Below, in pieces: positions 1-9,779 of a stretch of 64,000 bases of DNA (its first letter is position 1; each line of letters begins with the position of its first letter). The translations under genes and the position numbers were made by a program. The stretch is from an uncultured Methanomassiliicoccales archaeon (GTDB lineage Archaea > Thermoplasmatota > Thermoplasmata > Methanomassiliicoccales > UBA472), in the NCBI GenBank assembly GCA_963695345.1, contig OY968769.1:864001-928000 (forward strand). Reading direction: 5' to 3'. Below the pieces are notes generated by a model, which worked only from the letters and a program-made list of their open reading frames with translations, was not told the origin of the DNA and made no database searches.

Positions 1-173
1 CTAACCATTGCCGTCTGGTTATCGGTCAGATTGAAGGCGTCGGCATACCCTCTCATGTTCCCGACGTGTTTCCTCAGCACATCGGGGTTGGCCCCCTTCG
101 GAGGCCCTATCTCGGCGGTGACCGCGAACTGCCCGGAATCCAGCACTCTCTGCAGGTTGCTTGAGGCCTTCAT
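1..173 (-). CDS. metF: 5,10-methylenetetrahydrofolate reductase MetF, N-terminal part (runs off the window edge)
   Basis: Not in the ORF track. ATG at 173 overlaps the metV stop (ATGA). Translation MKASSNLQRVLDSGQFAVTAEIGPPKGANPDVLRKHVGNMRGYADAFNLTDNQTAMV carries the MetF signatures TAEIGPPKG and N-x-TDNQ. Confidence 0.9.
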   Translation of the reverse strand, partial: MKASSNLQRVLDSGQFAVTAEIGPPKGANPDVLRKHVGNMRGYADAFNLTDNQTAMV

Positions 174-873
174 TGCGAGACCCCCCGGATCCTCTTTTCC
201 TCGTCGGTCTGGACCGCTTCCTTCCTGACGGTCTTCCGCGGCCCTCCGGAGCGGCTCGGCCTCCAGTTCTTGGGGGGATCACGGCCTCCATGAGGTCCAG
301 GCGGCCCAGCTCCTTTAATGAGCGGTAAATCAGGTCCCAGCCGCAGGGGGTGTCCGGGTCGATCTCGCACTTGCCGTTCTGGGAGCCGCCGCAGGGGCCG
401 TTCATCAGGCTCTTGGAGCACCTCGCCACGGGACACACCCCTCCAGTAAGGTGCAGCACGCAGTCTCCGCAGCCACCACACCTCTCCAGGTAGATCCCCT
501 GCTCTTCCGGCGCGCCCATGGAAACGGTGTTGACGCCGGGAACGACGAAAACCGAGGGATACATATCGTGGATGACCTGAGCGCCGACCCCGCACGCCAA
601 AGAGATGACCGCGTCCTTGCCCTCGATGGCCGCCTTCATGCCCGCGGCCCATTCCTTCTCGCACGCCCGCTCGAGGGTGACCACATCTACGTTCCACCCC
701 TTGTGTTCGAGGTCGGAATGCAGCCGGAGCGATTCCGCCAGAATGTTCGCCTCCTTTTCCCCTCCGGCCAGGCAGATCGCCACGCAGGAACGGCATCCTA
801 CGACGAGCACTTCCCTGTGCCCCTCGAGCATCTTGATGACATCAATCAATGGTTTCTGTTCCGCGATGATCAT
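170..873 (-). CDS. metV: MetV, Fe-S/Zn subunit of methylene-THF reductase, with one frameshift at the G6 run 272-277
   Basis: Contains GCRSCVAIC, CGGCGDC, CPVARCSKSLMNGPCGG and CEID..CGW. The C-terminus continues in another frame (PPKNWRPSRSGGPRK...*170); one extra base in the homopolymer restores the frame. Confidence 0.88.
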
Positions 874-1274
874 TTCCTCACCTTTCCGATGGGGTTCGGG
901 CCGAGCCTATCCACCCTCGAGACCATCTCCTCGACGATCTCCACGAACCTCCAATCCTGATTGGAGGACAGGTTGAACATCTCCAGCCGCTCCGGTTCCA
1001 GACCGGCGGACTGGATCAGCGATTTCGCCAATGTGACGCGTTTCCGCGCCTCGATGTTGCCATACTGGTATTTGCAGTTGCCTTCGAGGCATCCAGCTAC
1101 AAATACGGCATCCGCGCCCTCCCGGAGCGCCCTCAGGAGATGCACCACATCTACCCTTCCGGTGCATGGCAGCTCCACCAGCGTCACCGAGGATGGATGG
1201 ACCGACCCTTTCGATGATGCCCGCTCGGCCGCCTCCAGCGCGCCGTCCCGGCAAACGAACCCGATGATCTTCAT
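870..1274 (-). CDS. mvhD: MvhD/FlpD-like [2Fe-2S] hydrogenase delta subunit
   Basis: Motifs FVC, LPCTGRV, GADAVFVAGCLEGNCKY and GLEPERLEM; translationally coupled to its neighbours. Confidence 0.9.
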   Translation of the reverse strand: MKIIGFVCRDGALEAAERASSKGSVHPSSVTLVELPCTGRVDVVHLLRALREGADAVFVAGCLEGNCKYQYGNIEARKRVTLAKSLIQSAGLEPERLEMFNLSSNQDWRFVEIVEEMVSRVDRLGPNPIGKVRK

Positions 1275-2911
1275 TCCATCTCCTCCAGTGCGGATGCCAA
1301 CTCTGACATTATCTGGTCATCCCGGTAGGAGTATACCTGGATGGCCTTGCTGGGGCAGGCCGCCGCGCAAATCCCGCAGCCCTGGCATATGCCGATGTCG
1401 ACCTCGGCCTTCCTCTCCGTACCAATGCGGGGAGCGTGGAAGGGGCAGGTCCTGACGCAGGTAAGGCATGCGGAGCAACGTTCCTGATCGACCTCGGCGA
1501 CGTTCCCTCCGATTACCAGGCGCGAACGGAGCAGCGAGGCCATCCTGGAGGCCGCGGCCTTTGCGCTCATGGTCGGACCCGCCCCCAGGTTCATTTCCGA
1601 GGCCGAACCGCAAAGGAGAATACCGGGAATATGAGCGGAGACCGGACGGCATTTGGGATTGGACCGGGCCATGCCGCCGTCGGAAGCGAGCGGTAGCTGG
1701 AAAGCCCTGGCCACGACCTCCGTCCCGACGCTCTCGGAACGGTTGTCCACCACCACCAGGTCAGCCGGTATCCTAAGGACCAGGCCGGAATGCATGTCCT
1801 TGACGACCAGACCTCCATCGTCCATGGTCGGCACGGTCTCCGAACGGATGAAACGGACCCCCATCTCCTGGGCCTTGCGGTATCCCACCTCGCACTGGCC
1901 GAAGGCATAGACCTCACGGAGGATCACGGTGACATTGGATTTGGGCGATAGGCCTTTGGCGTGCATCGAATGATGCACGGCGTCATGCGTGGACATGGGC
2001 GAACGTTCCGACGTCCCATCCTGGTCCATGGCAACCATGACGATGTTCCGCGGGACCCTCCCCAACGCCCGGAGCTGCGCCTCGAACCCTTCCTGGGTTA
2101 TGGCGCCAGGGAATCGTGAGAGCAGGGGATTGAAGGAATCGACCTTGTCCAGGGCGACGATCGCGCCTCCTACCGTTTCCTTCCATGTCTCTCCGCCCTT
2201 GGACATCGTCACCGTAAAATCGCCTGGATGTCCGTCAATGGACCGGACCTCGGTGGAATCGTGCACCCGGAACCGGTCCCCGACCGAATCGGCCATCTGG
2301 TCCAGTGCCCCGCCCTCCAGCGGGATAACGCTCTGATGGTCGCTCTCCTCGATCTGGGAGGTCGGATTCGCCACGATCACATCCAGACCTTCATCCAATA
2401 ACGCCATGGAAGCGGTTATGGCGGATGGCCCGTTGCCGATGACCAGCACCTTTCTCGACCTCCCCACTTCCATGCGGGGAGTGGTCTGGAGCATCGCGAT
2501 CCTCCTCAGCGAGGTGCGCATCGCGCGTTCCGCCCTGCCCTGCGCCTCTGACCTGGATAGGGGGCCGCACAGGCCGATGATATCGACGAAGGTGACCAGT
2601 TCGGGACAGATGCCGGCCGATTCCGCCAGTTGCGCGAATCGTTCCGATGCGCTACGGGCGCTGCAGCCGACCACCATGAACCTGTCGATGTCCCCGGCCA
2701 TCAGGGAGAGCTTGACCTCTCCCAAGGCTGGCCCGTCGCACCCGCGGTCGAAGCAGAGAACGTCCCTGACATTGGCGTCGGCGTTGGCAATAACCTTGAT
2801 CCGGTCCAGGTCGACCTTTCTGGATATTACCCCGCCGCAGGAGCATATGAAGACCCCGATGCCCTTGGGCGTTCCGATGGGGCCGTGAGAGGGCGGCACC
2901 GGCTCGGTCAT
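1271..2911 (-). CDS. HdrA/QmoB-like flavoprotein, divergent
   Basis: N-terminal IGVFICSCG and VVGCS, degenerate Rossmann motif IGNGPSA, and a C-terminal 2x[4Fe-4S] domain (CSACLTCVRTCP, CQGCGICAAACP). Start chosen at ATG 2911, overlapping the upstream stop. Confidence 0.8.
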   Translation of the reverse strand: MTEPVPPSHGPIGTPKGIGVFICSCGGVISRKVDLDRIKVIANADANVRDVLCFDRGCDGPALGEVKLSLMAGDIDRFMVVGCSARSASERFAQLAESAGICPELVTFVDIIGLCGPLSRSEAQGRAERAMRTSLRRIAMLQTTPRMEVGRSRKVLVIGNGPSAITASMALLDEGLDVIVANPTSQIEESDHQSVIPLEGGALDQMADSVGDRFRVHDSTEVRSIDGHPGDFTVTMSKGGETWKETVGGAIVALDKVDSFNPLLSRFPGAITQEGFEAQLRALGRVPRNIVMVAMDQDGTSERSPMSTHDAVHHSMHAKGLSPKSNVTVILREVYAFGQCEVGYRKAQEMGVRFIRSETVPTMDDGGLVVKDMHSGLVLRIPADLVVVDNRSESVGTEVVARAFQLPLASDGGMARSNPKCRPVSAHIPGILLCGSASEMNLGAGPTMSAKAAASRMASLLRSRLVIGGNVAEVDQERCSACLTCVRTCPFHAPRIGTERKAEVDIGICQGCGICAAACPSKAIQVYSYRDDQIMSELASALEEME

Positions 2912-4128
2912 TTCAACCTCTCCAGATAGATGCTGGCCTTGCCCGCCGCGATGTTTCCGTCCATAACGCACTCCTCGATGTCCTTGGGGCCGGAGCATGA
3001 TCCGCAGAAGAACAGCCCTTTGGCATCAGTCACCCGCCCGGGGTTCCCTTCGGACACGAAGAATCCTTGCGGGGAAAGGCGTACTCCGAGCGAGCTCGCG
3101 ATATCCGCCCCGGAGTCTGGAGGCATGAGACCGATCGATAGAATGACCAGATCGAACTCCGTCTCCTTGACGCCGTCGTCGGTGGCCATCGCATACCGGA
3201 CGAGCGGTCTCCCGCCCTCGCCTTCGACCACTTCGGCGGGCCGGCTCCGCAGCACCGTCAGTTTCGGGTCGGAACGGGCCAGGTCCGTGATCGAGTCCTC
3301 GTCCGCGTACCTCCTCCAGTCCATCATGAAGAAGGATATGTCGAGATTAGCGTCCGCTGCCCTCAATGATTGGGCCAGTTTCATCGCGTATTTGCAGCAC
3401 ACCTTGGAGCATTGCTCGGACCCGGTTCGGCCCCTTGAGCCTACGCATTGGATGAAGGCGACGCTGCGCGGCGGCTTCCCTTCGCAGAAACGATTCAATG
3501 AGCCGCACCGATTCAGCTCCGCCTCCGCGTCAAGACCGGTGATGACCCCGTTGACCGAGCCATAACCCAATCTCGGGTCTGCCCCGGCGTCGAACGGATC
3601 GTTACCTACCGCCACAATGATGGCGTCCGCCAGGACCTCGCAGCCTACCGGACCGGTCCGGACCGCGTCCCTGGAACAGACATCGACACACCTGCTGCAT
3701 TCCTCCACCGGGAACGGGCAGGACGGCGTCACTACCTTTCTCTGACCCTTGCTGCCAGTAACCGCCACTATGGCCCCGGACGGACAGGCATCGGCACAGT
3801 CACCGCAACCATCGCAGCTCATCGGGTCGATGGAACGGCCCGGCGCAACGGTGACCCGGTACATTCCCATGTCCCTCTCGATCGTGGCCACCTCCGAGGA
3901 GGTGATGATCCTCACCAGGCCTGAACGGAACAGTCTCGGGACCAGCTCCGTCGACATGCACACATCGCATTTCACGCATTGCACCCGCCCCTTGCAGGCT
4001 AGCTCTGAGGCCAGTCCGCCCAATCTAGGGGAGCGCTCCACGATGGTGCATGGTATTCCCCTCTGGGCCAGTGAAAGGGCCGCAGAAATGCCCGCGGTAC
4101 CTCCGCCGATGATGACCACACCTCTCAA
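2908..4128 (-). CDS. HdrA/QmoA-like FAD/Fe-S protein
   Basis: Motifs IIGGGTAG, an inserted ferredoxin domain (CDGCGDCADACP, CSRCVDVC), FIQCVGSR, CSKVCCKY and GPKDI. Confidence 0.85.
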   Translation of the reverse strand: MRGVVIIGGGTAGISAALSLAQRGIPCTIVERSPRLGGLASELACKGRVQCVKCDVCMSTELVPRLFRSGLVRIITSSEVATIERDMGMYRVTVAPGRSIDPMSCDGCGDCADACPSGAIVAVTGSKGQRKVVTPSCPFPVEECSRCVDVCSRDAVRTGPVGCEVLADAIIVAVGNDPFDAGADPRLGYGSVNGVITGLDAEAELNRCGSLNRFCEGKPPRSVAFIQCVGSRGRTGSEQCSKVCCKYAMKLAQSLRAADANLDISFFMMDWRRYADEDSITDLARSDPKLTVLRSRPAEVVEGEGGRPLVRYAMATDDGVKETEFDLVILSIGLMPPDSGADIASSLGVRLSPQGFFVSEGNPGRVTDAKGLFFCGSCSGPKDIEECVMDGNIAAGKASIYLERLK

Positions 4129-4335
4129 GGAAACCGCACCTCGGGTGAACGAAGTATGGTGGACGACATCTCAGGTTGGAGTGCCGGGAATGATTCGAAA
4201 TGATACTGGACGGTCAAATGGTATCGGACTTTCTGACCTGATGGGTGATATAAAAAGCTTATGAACATGCTATTGCGCCGGACGGGGATTGTGGTTCGGC
4301 AACGGTTATCTAGGGCGCTGACCTTCTGTTTCCCC

Positions 4336-5175
4336 ATGCGCAGGGCGGCCATCACCGTCGATGTGGACAGGGATGTCAATCAGGCCTGTAAGGGACGAAC
4401 GGCGGCCATCTCCAGTCCTGTCAATGGTTCGGACCAGCCCAGGTTCTCCTCGTCCAGGAAAGGCTTGGAGCTCATCGTGGCCGCCATGAACGACCTGGAG
4501 GTCCGCGGGACGTTCTTCTTTGAGGCGACGACGGCGCTGGAGATCAGCAAGTCGGCGGATATCGCTGAACTGATGCAGGGACATGAGATCGCCTGCCATG
4601 CCTATGACCATGAGGATCTGACCGGGCTCGACACCGGGATAAGGATCGACCGGGAGGAGGTCGACGATATCCTGGAAAGGTCCATCGGGGTGCTGGATTC
4701 CCTGTTCGGCGAAGGAAGGCGCGGTTTCCGTGCCCCCTACCTGCACTCGAACGATGAGCTGATGGAATCGCTGAAGGAACACCGCTTCCTCTATGATTCC
4801 AGTGTGGTGGAGGAGATGCGCGACGGCCAGATCCGGCCCTATCTCACCAAGGGCGGATTGCCGGAGGTGCCCATCGCATCATCGCGGGACGGCCGGGGGA
4901 AGAAGATAGTGGGATATCTCTGGCCCCTGCATGAAGGAAAGAGGCCCATAGGCGACTACCTCCAAATGGTGGACGGTTTCCGAGACGGGCTGCTGGTCCT
5001 CTCCACCCATTCCTGGCATCCGGTGGAGAACTTCTGCGATGGCCAGCAATGCGAGCTCGATGTGCAGAAGGGCATGGACGACCTGAGGACGCTCATCAAT
5101 CATTCGATCGACACAGGGGTGGAGTTCGTCACCGTGGCGGAATATGTCGGCCGGGACATGGGAGGGAGCTGCTGA
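4336..5175 (+). CDS. polysaccharide deacetylase (NodB/CE4) family protein
   Basis: Motifs TVDVD, GTFF, HAYDH and GFRAPY; start placed at ATG 4336. Confidence 0.8.
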   Translation: MRRAAITVDVDRDVNQACKGRTAAISSPVNGSDQPRFSSSRKGLELIVAAMNDLEVRGTFFFEATTALEISKSADIAELMQGHEIACHAYDHEDLTGLDTGIRIDREEVDDILERSIGVLDSLFGEGRRGFRAPYLHSNDELMESLKEHRFLYDSSVVEEMRDGQIRPYLTKGGLPEVPIASSRDGRGKKIVGYLWPLHEGKRPIGDYLQMVDGFRDGLLVLSTHSWHPVENFCDGQQCELDVQKGMDDLRTLINHSIDTGVEFVTVAEYVGRDMGGSC

Positions 5176-5819
5176 TGCCTGCCATCTTCGAAAAACTGAG
5201 GAACACTGCCAGCTATTCCGCCGCCCAGGAGAAGGCCTGGGAAGACCTGGTCCATCTGGATTCGAAGAGCATCGCGAAGAACTCGATGGCCGATTTCGAT
5301 GGCCGGACGTTCACCCTCAATGTGCTCGACGAGACCGTCAAGGTCGATAAATGGGAGGGCCGGGTGACCACTTCAAGTCCGCATGACCGGGCCTTCGAGA
5401 TCCTGGTGATGCATTATCTGATCGGCTGCCAATCGGGAGGGCCGTGCGGCGAGCTTGTCCTTTTCCGCCAGCTCAAGGGAGGGGAGGCGTACAACGATAC
5501 CTTCCACAAACGCGTGAACGACCGGTTGGCCAAGGCGTTCGGCGACGATCCCGGGTCGCTGGTAACGACGGGCGAACGGTTGAAGGGAACCAGGAGGTCT
5601 AAGGGCAACGCTTCGATCGAACTGCCCCTGTTCCCCAAGGTCCCCATCACCGTTATCGTCTGGCGGGGGGATGATGAGATCCCAGCTTCTTCCACAGTTC
5701 TGTTCGACCGCAGCATAGGCGACATCTTCCCCACCGAGGACGTTGCAGTGGCCGGCTCCCTGATCGTGGAGAAGCTGGTCGGGGCGAAGGGAGAATGGCC
5801 GGTCAGTACAGACCGGTGA
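5175..5819 (+). CDS. DUF3786-like protein
   Basis: TGATG coupling to the upstream gene. The patterns FRQLKGG.AY...F and FPKVP..VIVW.GDDE.PAS...LFD......PTED resemble DUF3786. Confidence 0.7.
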   Translation: MPAIFEKLRNTASYSAAQEKAWEDLVHLDSKSIAKNSMADFDGRTFTLNVLDETVKVDKWEGRVTTSSPHDRAFEILVMHYLIGCQSGGPCGELVLFRQLKGGEAYNDTFHKRVNDRLAKAFGDDPGSLVTTGERLKGTRRSKGNASIELPLFPKVPITVIVWRGDDEIPASSTVLFDRSIGDIFPTEDVAVAGSLIVEKLVGAKGEWPVSTDR

Positions 5820-7476
5820 TGTAACCGTCATCGCTGATGTCGATCCCCAGCGCCGCCGGGTCGGAGGACAGGCCGGGCATGAGCATTATCGGACCGCAGA
5901 CCACCACGATGAACCCTGCCCCGGCGGAAACGAACACTTCCCTGACGTTCAGTTCCCATCCGGTGGGGGCTCCCTTCAGTTTAGGATCGTCGGATAGGGA
6001 AAGCTGGGTCTTGGCCATGCAGACGGGGAGGTGATTGGTCCAGGAGCTCTCGATGAGCTTGATGGACTTCTCTGCCCCGCTCTCGTACTGAACGTCCATG
6101 GCACCGTACATCTCGGTGGCGACCACCCGGATCTTCTCCTTCAGCGGCAGGTTCGTGTCATAGAGGAAGCGGAAATTGGGCTTCTCGTTGGCCAAGACCT
6201 CAAGCACCTGCGAAGCCAGCTCCGCGCCTCCCTCCCCACCTTTAGCGAACACGTCGGAGAGCGCGCACCGCACGCCTTTCTCCTTGCAGTGATCGATGAC
6301 GATCCTGATCTCCTCCTCGGTATCGGTGGCGAAATGGTTCAGAGCCACGACCATCGGCACACCGAACTTCCTGATGTTCTCGATATGCTTGTCCAGATTC
6401 GAGAATCCGCGCCTCAGGCCGTCGCAGTCCTGAACGCATACCTTGTCGATGGGGACGTTCCCGTGCATCTTCAGCGCCCGGATCGAGCACACGACGACCG
6501 CGCAGTCGGCGTGGATACCTTCATTGCGACAGACTATGTCGAAGAACTTCTCTGCGCCCAGATCGGCCGCAAAGCCCGCCTCGGTGACGACGATGTCGGC
6601 CATCTTCAGGGCATATTTGGTGGCGGTTAGGGATGAATTGCCGTGGGCGATGTTCGCGAAGGGGAAGCCATGGATGAAGAACGGTTCGCCCTCCAAGGTC
6701 TGGACCAGATTAGGGAATATGGCATCCTTGAGGAGCAATGCCAGCGCTCCCACGCATCCGAGCTGGGTGACGGTGACCGGCTCTCCGTCGAAGGTGTAGG
6801 CCACGATCATCCTTCCCAATCGCTCCTTGAGGTCGGCCATGGAGGTGGCCAGGGCGAGGATGGCGCTGATCTCCGTCGCCACGGTGATGATGAAACCGCC
6901 CTCGTGCGGGGTCCCGCCTTCGGTCCTGCCGCCAAGTCCGACCACGATGTGCCGCAGCTCACGGCAGTTCATGTCCATCGCCTTGCGCAGTACTATCCGG
7001 GTAGGATCGATATTGAGCGGGTTCTTCTTGGAAATGCTGTTCTCCAGCAGGGCCGAGAGCAGGTTGTTCGCGGCTCCGACCGCATGGATGTCCCCGGTGA
7101 AATGCAGGTCGATGTCCCACATCGGGTATACCTGGGAGTATCCGCCGCCGGTGGCGCCCCCCTTGAGGCCGAAAGTGGGCCCTAGGGACGGTTCACGGAT
7201 CGCCCCCATCACCTTCTTGTTCAGCCTTCCCAATGCCTGCACCAGGCCGATGGTGGTGACCGTCTTGCCTTCCCCAGCCGGCGTGGCGGTGATGGCGGTC
7301 ATGAGCACGAGCTTGCCAGTCGGATGGCCGTCGAACTTCTTGAGAGAGCTCAGCGGCACTTTCGCGATGTACTTGCCATAGAGGACGATGTCATCCTTGT
7401 CCAGACCGACGGACCTCGCGATATCCTCGATGGGTCTGGCCTTGACTTCCTGAGCGATCTCGATGTTGGTCTTCAT
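5803..7476 (-). CDS. fhs: formate--tetrahydrofolate ligase
   Basis: Motifs TPAGEGKTVT, REPSLGP, KGGATGGGYSQ, LHFTGDIHA, PFANIAHG, TEAGF..DLGAEKF and CMAKTQ. Confidence 0.97.
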   Translation of the reverse strand: MKTNIEIAQEVKARPIEDIARSVGLDKDDIVLYGKYIAKVPLSSLKKFDGHPTGKLVLMTAITATPAGEGKTVTTIGLVQALGRLNKKVMGAIREPSLGPTFGLKGGATGGGYSQVYPMWDIDLHFTGDIHAVGAANNLLSALLENSISKKNPLNIDPTRIVLRKAMDMNCRELRHIVVGLGGRTEGGTPHEGGFIITVATEISAILALATSMADLKERLGRMIVAYTFDGEPVTVTQLGCVGALALLLKDAIFPNLVQTLEGEPFFIHGFPFANIAHGNSSLTATKYALKMADIVVTEAGFAADLGAEKFFDIVCRNEGIHADCAVVVCSIRALKMHGNVPIDKVCVQDCDGLRRGFSNLDKHIENIRKFGVPMVVALNHFATDTEEEIRIVIDHCKEKGVRCALSDVFAKGGEGGAELASQVLEVLANEKPNFRFLYDTNLPLKEKIRVVATEMYGAMDVQYESGAEKSIKLIESSWTNHLPVCMAKTQLSLSDDPKLKGAPTGWELNVREVFVSAGAGFIVVVCGPIMLMPGLSSDPAALGIDISDDGYITGLY

Positions 7477-7618
7477 TAGCTCCACCCTGGGAAGGACAGG
7501 TATGTTGGAAGTATGTCTTAAACGTTAGGACATTGTCCTTCCTGAACCTGACCAGTGGTCCCGGTAGGGCATCGAACATTTATTATTTAGCGGATAGATA
7601 GGGTGACACTGAGACCTC

Positions 7619-8506
7619 ATGACCGCCATCTTGATCGAGGGAAAGCCCATCGCCGAGGAAATCAGGAAGGAACTAAGGGAAAGGATATCCTTGTTGAAGG
7701 ATAAGGGGGTCGTCCCAGGCCTGGCCGTCATCTTGGTCGGGGATGACGCGGCCTCACAGACCTATGTCCGCATGAAGGGGAAGGCGAGCGAAGAACTGGG
7801 CATGTTCTCGCAGACCATCCTCAAGCCCAATGACTTCACCGAAGCGGCGTTGCTCCAGCTCATCGACGAGCTCAATGCGGACCCCCGGGTCCATGGCATC
7901 CTGGTGCAACTGCCCCTGCCTCCGCATATCGATGAGCGGAATGTCCTGGTCCGCATCGACGAGCGCAAGGATGTGGACGCTTTCCATCCGGTGAACGTGG
8001 GCAAGATCTTGATCGGAGACCATACCGGTTTCATGCCGGCCACACCTTACGGCATACAGGAACTTCTTATTCGCAGCGGGAATGCGCCATCGGGTAAGCA
8101 CGTGGTCATACTGGGAAGAAGCAATATCGTAGGCAAGCCCCTGGCGGCCATGCTGATGCAGAAGGATGAGCGCGCCAATGCCACGGTCACCGTCTGCCAC
8201 TCAAGGACCAAGAACCTGGCGGAGATAACCCGCACCGCCGACATCCTGATCTCGGCGATGGGGGCGGAGGCGGCGTTCGTCAAGGCGGATATGGTCAAAC
8301 CGGGAGCGGTGGTCATCGATGTCGGTTCGAACCGTGTGCCGGACAAGAGCCTGCCAAGGGGTTACCGGTTAGTGGGGGACGTAGACTTCGATTCCGTGAG
8401 GTTGAAGGCGGCGGCGATCACCCCCGTGCCTGGCGGAGTGGGTCCGATGACCATCGTCATGCTCATGCGCAACACCATCAAGGCGGCGGAGTCGACGCTG
8501 GAATGA
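7619..8506 (+). CDS. folD: bifunctional methylene-THF dehydrogenase/cyclohydrolase
   Basis: Motifs HGILVQLPLP, KDVD.FHP.N.G, GRSNIVGKP and ITPVPGGVGPMT. Confidence 0.97.
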   Translation: MTAILIEGKPIAEEIRKELRERISLLKDKGVVPGLAVILVGDDAASQTYVRMKGKASEELGMFSQTILKPNDFTEAALLQLIDELNADPRVHGILVQLPLPPHIDERNVLVRIDERKDVDAFHPVNVGKILIGDHTGFMPATPYGIQELLIRSGNAPSGKHVVILGRSNIVGKPLAAMLMQKDERANATVTVCHSRTKNLAEITRTADILISAMGAEAAFVKADMVKPGAVVIDVGSNRVPDKSLPRGYRLVGDVDFDSVRLKAAAITPVPGGVGPMTIVMLMRNTIKAAESTLE

Positions 8507-8585
8507 AGCGCCCTCCTAAAGAATGACTTTTTATCGCACAGCCGAAAAAGTATAAGTGCGCCAAGCTAATTCCACCCCCGCTGAA

Positions 8586-9248
8586 ATGTTGCGCGAATGC
8601 AGTGAGCACGGCTATTTCCGGGGTGACGTCTGCCCGGTCTGCGGCGAGGAGGGCAAGTTCCTTATGAACGAGCAGGAGCTTGAACAGATCGGTAGGACCA
8701 TGGCCGGAGTGCTCCGCCACTTCCCAGAGAAGTTCGGGCTGGAGATGGACGAACAGGGTTTCATCAACCTGAGGGAGTTCGTCAACGCCCTGAAGGACCA
8801 GAGCAAGCGCTACCATTGGCTCAGGCCACATCACATAATCGCTATCATCGAGACCGACCCCAAGGGCAGGTATCAGATAAGCAACGACATGATCCGCGCC
8901 ACCTACGGCCACTCCATCGAGCTGAACCTTAGGCTGCCGACGGAGAACATACCGGACCGTCTCTACTACCCGACCACACCGGAAGAGGCGGACATACTGC
9001 TCGAGACCGGGCTGAAGCCCTCCGACAGGAAGATGGTCCACCTATCCAAGACATACAACGACGCACTGTCCGCAGGCAAGGTCAGGACCGGAGAGCCCAT
9101 CATCCTGGAGATCGACGCGAAGGGAGCGATCGCGGACGGCTTCGTAATCGGCCAGGCAGGAAGGACGGTTTTCCTGGCTACGGAGATACCGGCCGAGTGC
9201 CTGAGCAAGGCGGAGCCGCCGGTCGAGGAAGAGGTCATCACGGACTGA
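8586..9248 (+). CDS. kptA: RNA 2'-phosphotransferase (Tpt1/KptA)
   Basis: Motifs LRH, RATYGHS and VHLS; N-terminal C-x2-H...C-x2-C zinc-ribbon-like segment. Confidence 0.9.
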   Translation: MLRECSEHGYFRGDVCPVCGEEGKFLMNEQELEQIGRTMAGVLRHFPEKFGLEMDEQGFINLREFVNALKDQSKRYHWLRPHHIIAIIETDPKGRYQISNDMIRATYGHSIELNLRLPTENIPDRLYYPTTPEEADILLETGLKPSDRKMVHLSKTYNDALSAGKVRTGEPIILEIDAKGAIADGFVIGQAGRTVFLATEIPAECLSKAEPPVEEEVITD

Positions 9249-9350
9249 TGATCAGAAACTCCTTTGACATTCTCTAAAGTTCGGCGATCGACCTGTTTGC
9301 CTTTAATTCCATGAACATTGAGGGTATCCTCTGACACTTGTTATGGCTGC

Positions 9351-9620
9351 TCAGTTCATCGGATTGACGATCTCCATGACCTGGAACACGACCGTGGCCA
9401 CGAAGACCAGAAGGAGCGGTGCGACTACCGAGTCCAGAGTCCCCAGTATCCTCTTCGACCTCATCGAGGATGCGGAAATGAGCTCTCTTGACGACAGGAG
9501 CGATACCAGAAGAATAGCGATCAATGCTCCGCCGACGCCTCCGCTGATGACCGTGGTCATCGATACAGCGCTTGACGCCGCACTCGATGTCAGTGACGAG
9601 GCTGCCATTACTAAGCTCAT
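9351..9620 (-). CDS. small membrane protein with two TM segments and a Ser/Thr-rich N-terminus
   Basis: Two hydrophobic stretches in an ORF of about 90 aa; AT-rich upstream region. Confidence 0.6.
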   Translation of the reverse strand: MSLVMAASSLTSSAASSAVSMTTVISGGVGGALIAILLVSLLSSRELISASSMRSKRILGTLDSVVAPLLLVFVATVVFQVMEIVNPMN

Positions 9621-9779
9621 TGTTCTAGTTAACAAAATTAAGCGTATTTAATGCTAGTCGGGATAATCCAATCCTTGAGAATATCACCATCTTTCATTGG
9701 AAATGGCGAAAAAACGGTACCTGTACTTTCGTTGGACCGTACGACAATTTGATATTGCCGTGAAGGACTGGGTTGGAGC

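Noticed and set aside
272-277. Programmed frameshift or phase variation at G6 in metV (and at 44256-44261 in the flavoprotein gene)
   Set aside because: Both are fixed by one extra base in a homopolymer, the typical long-read under-call; no slippery heptamer with a stimulatory structure was seen.
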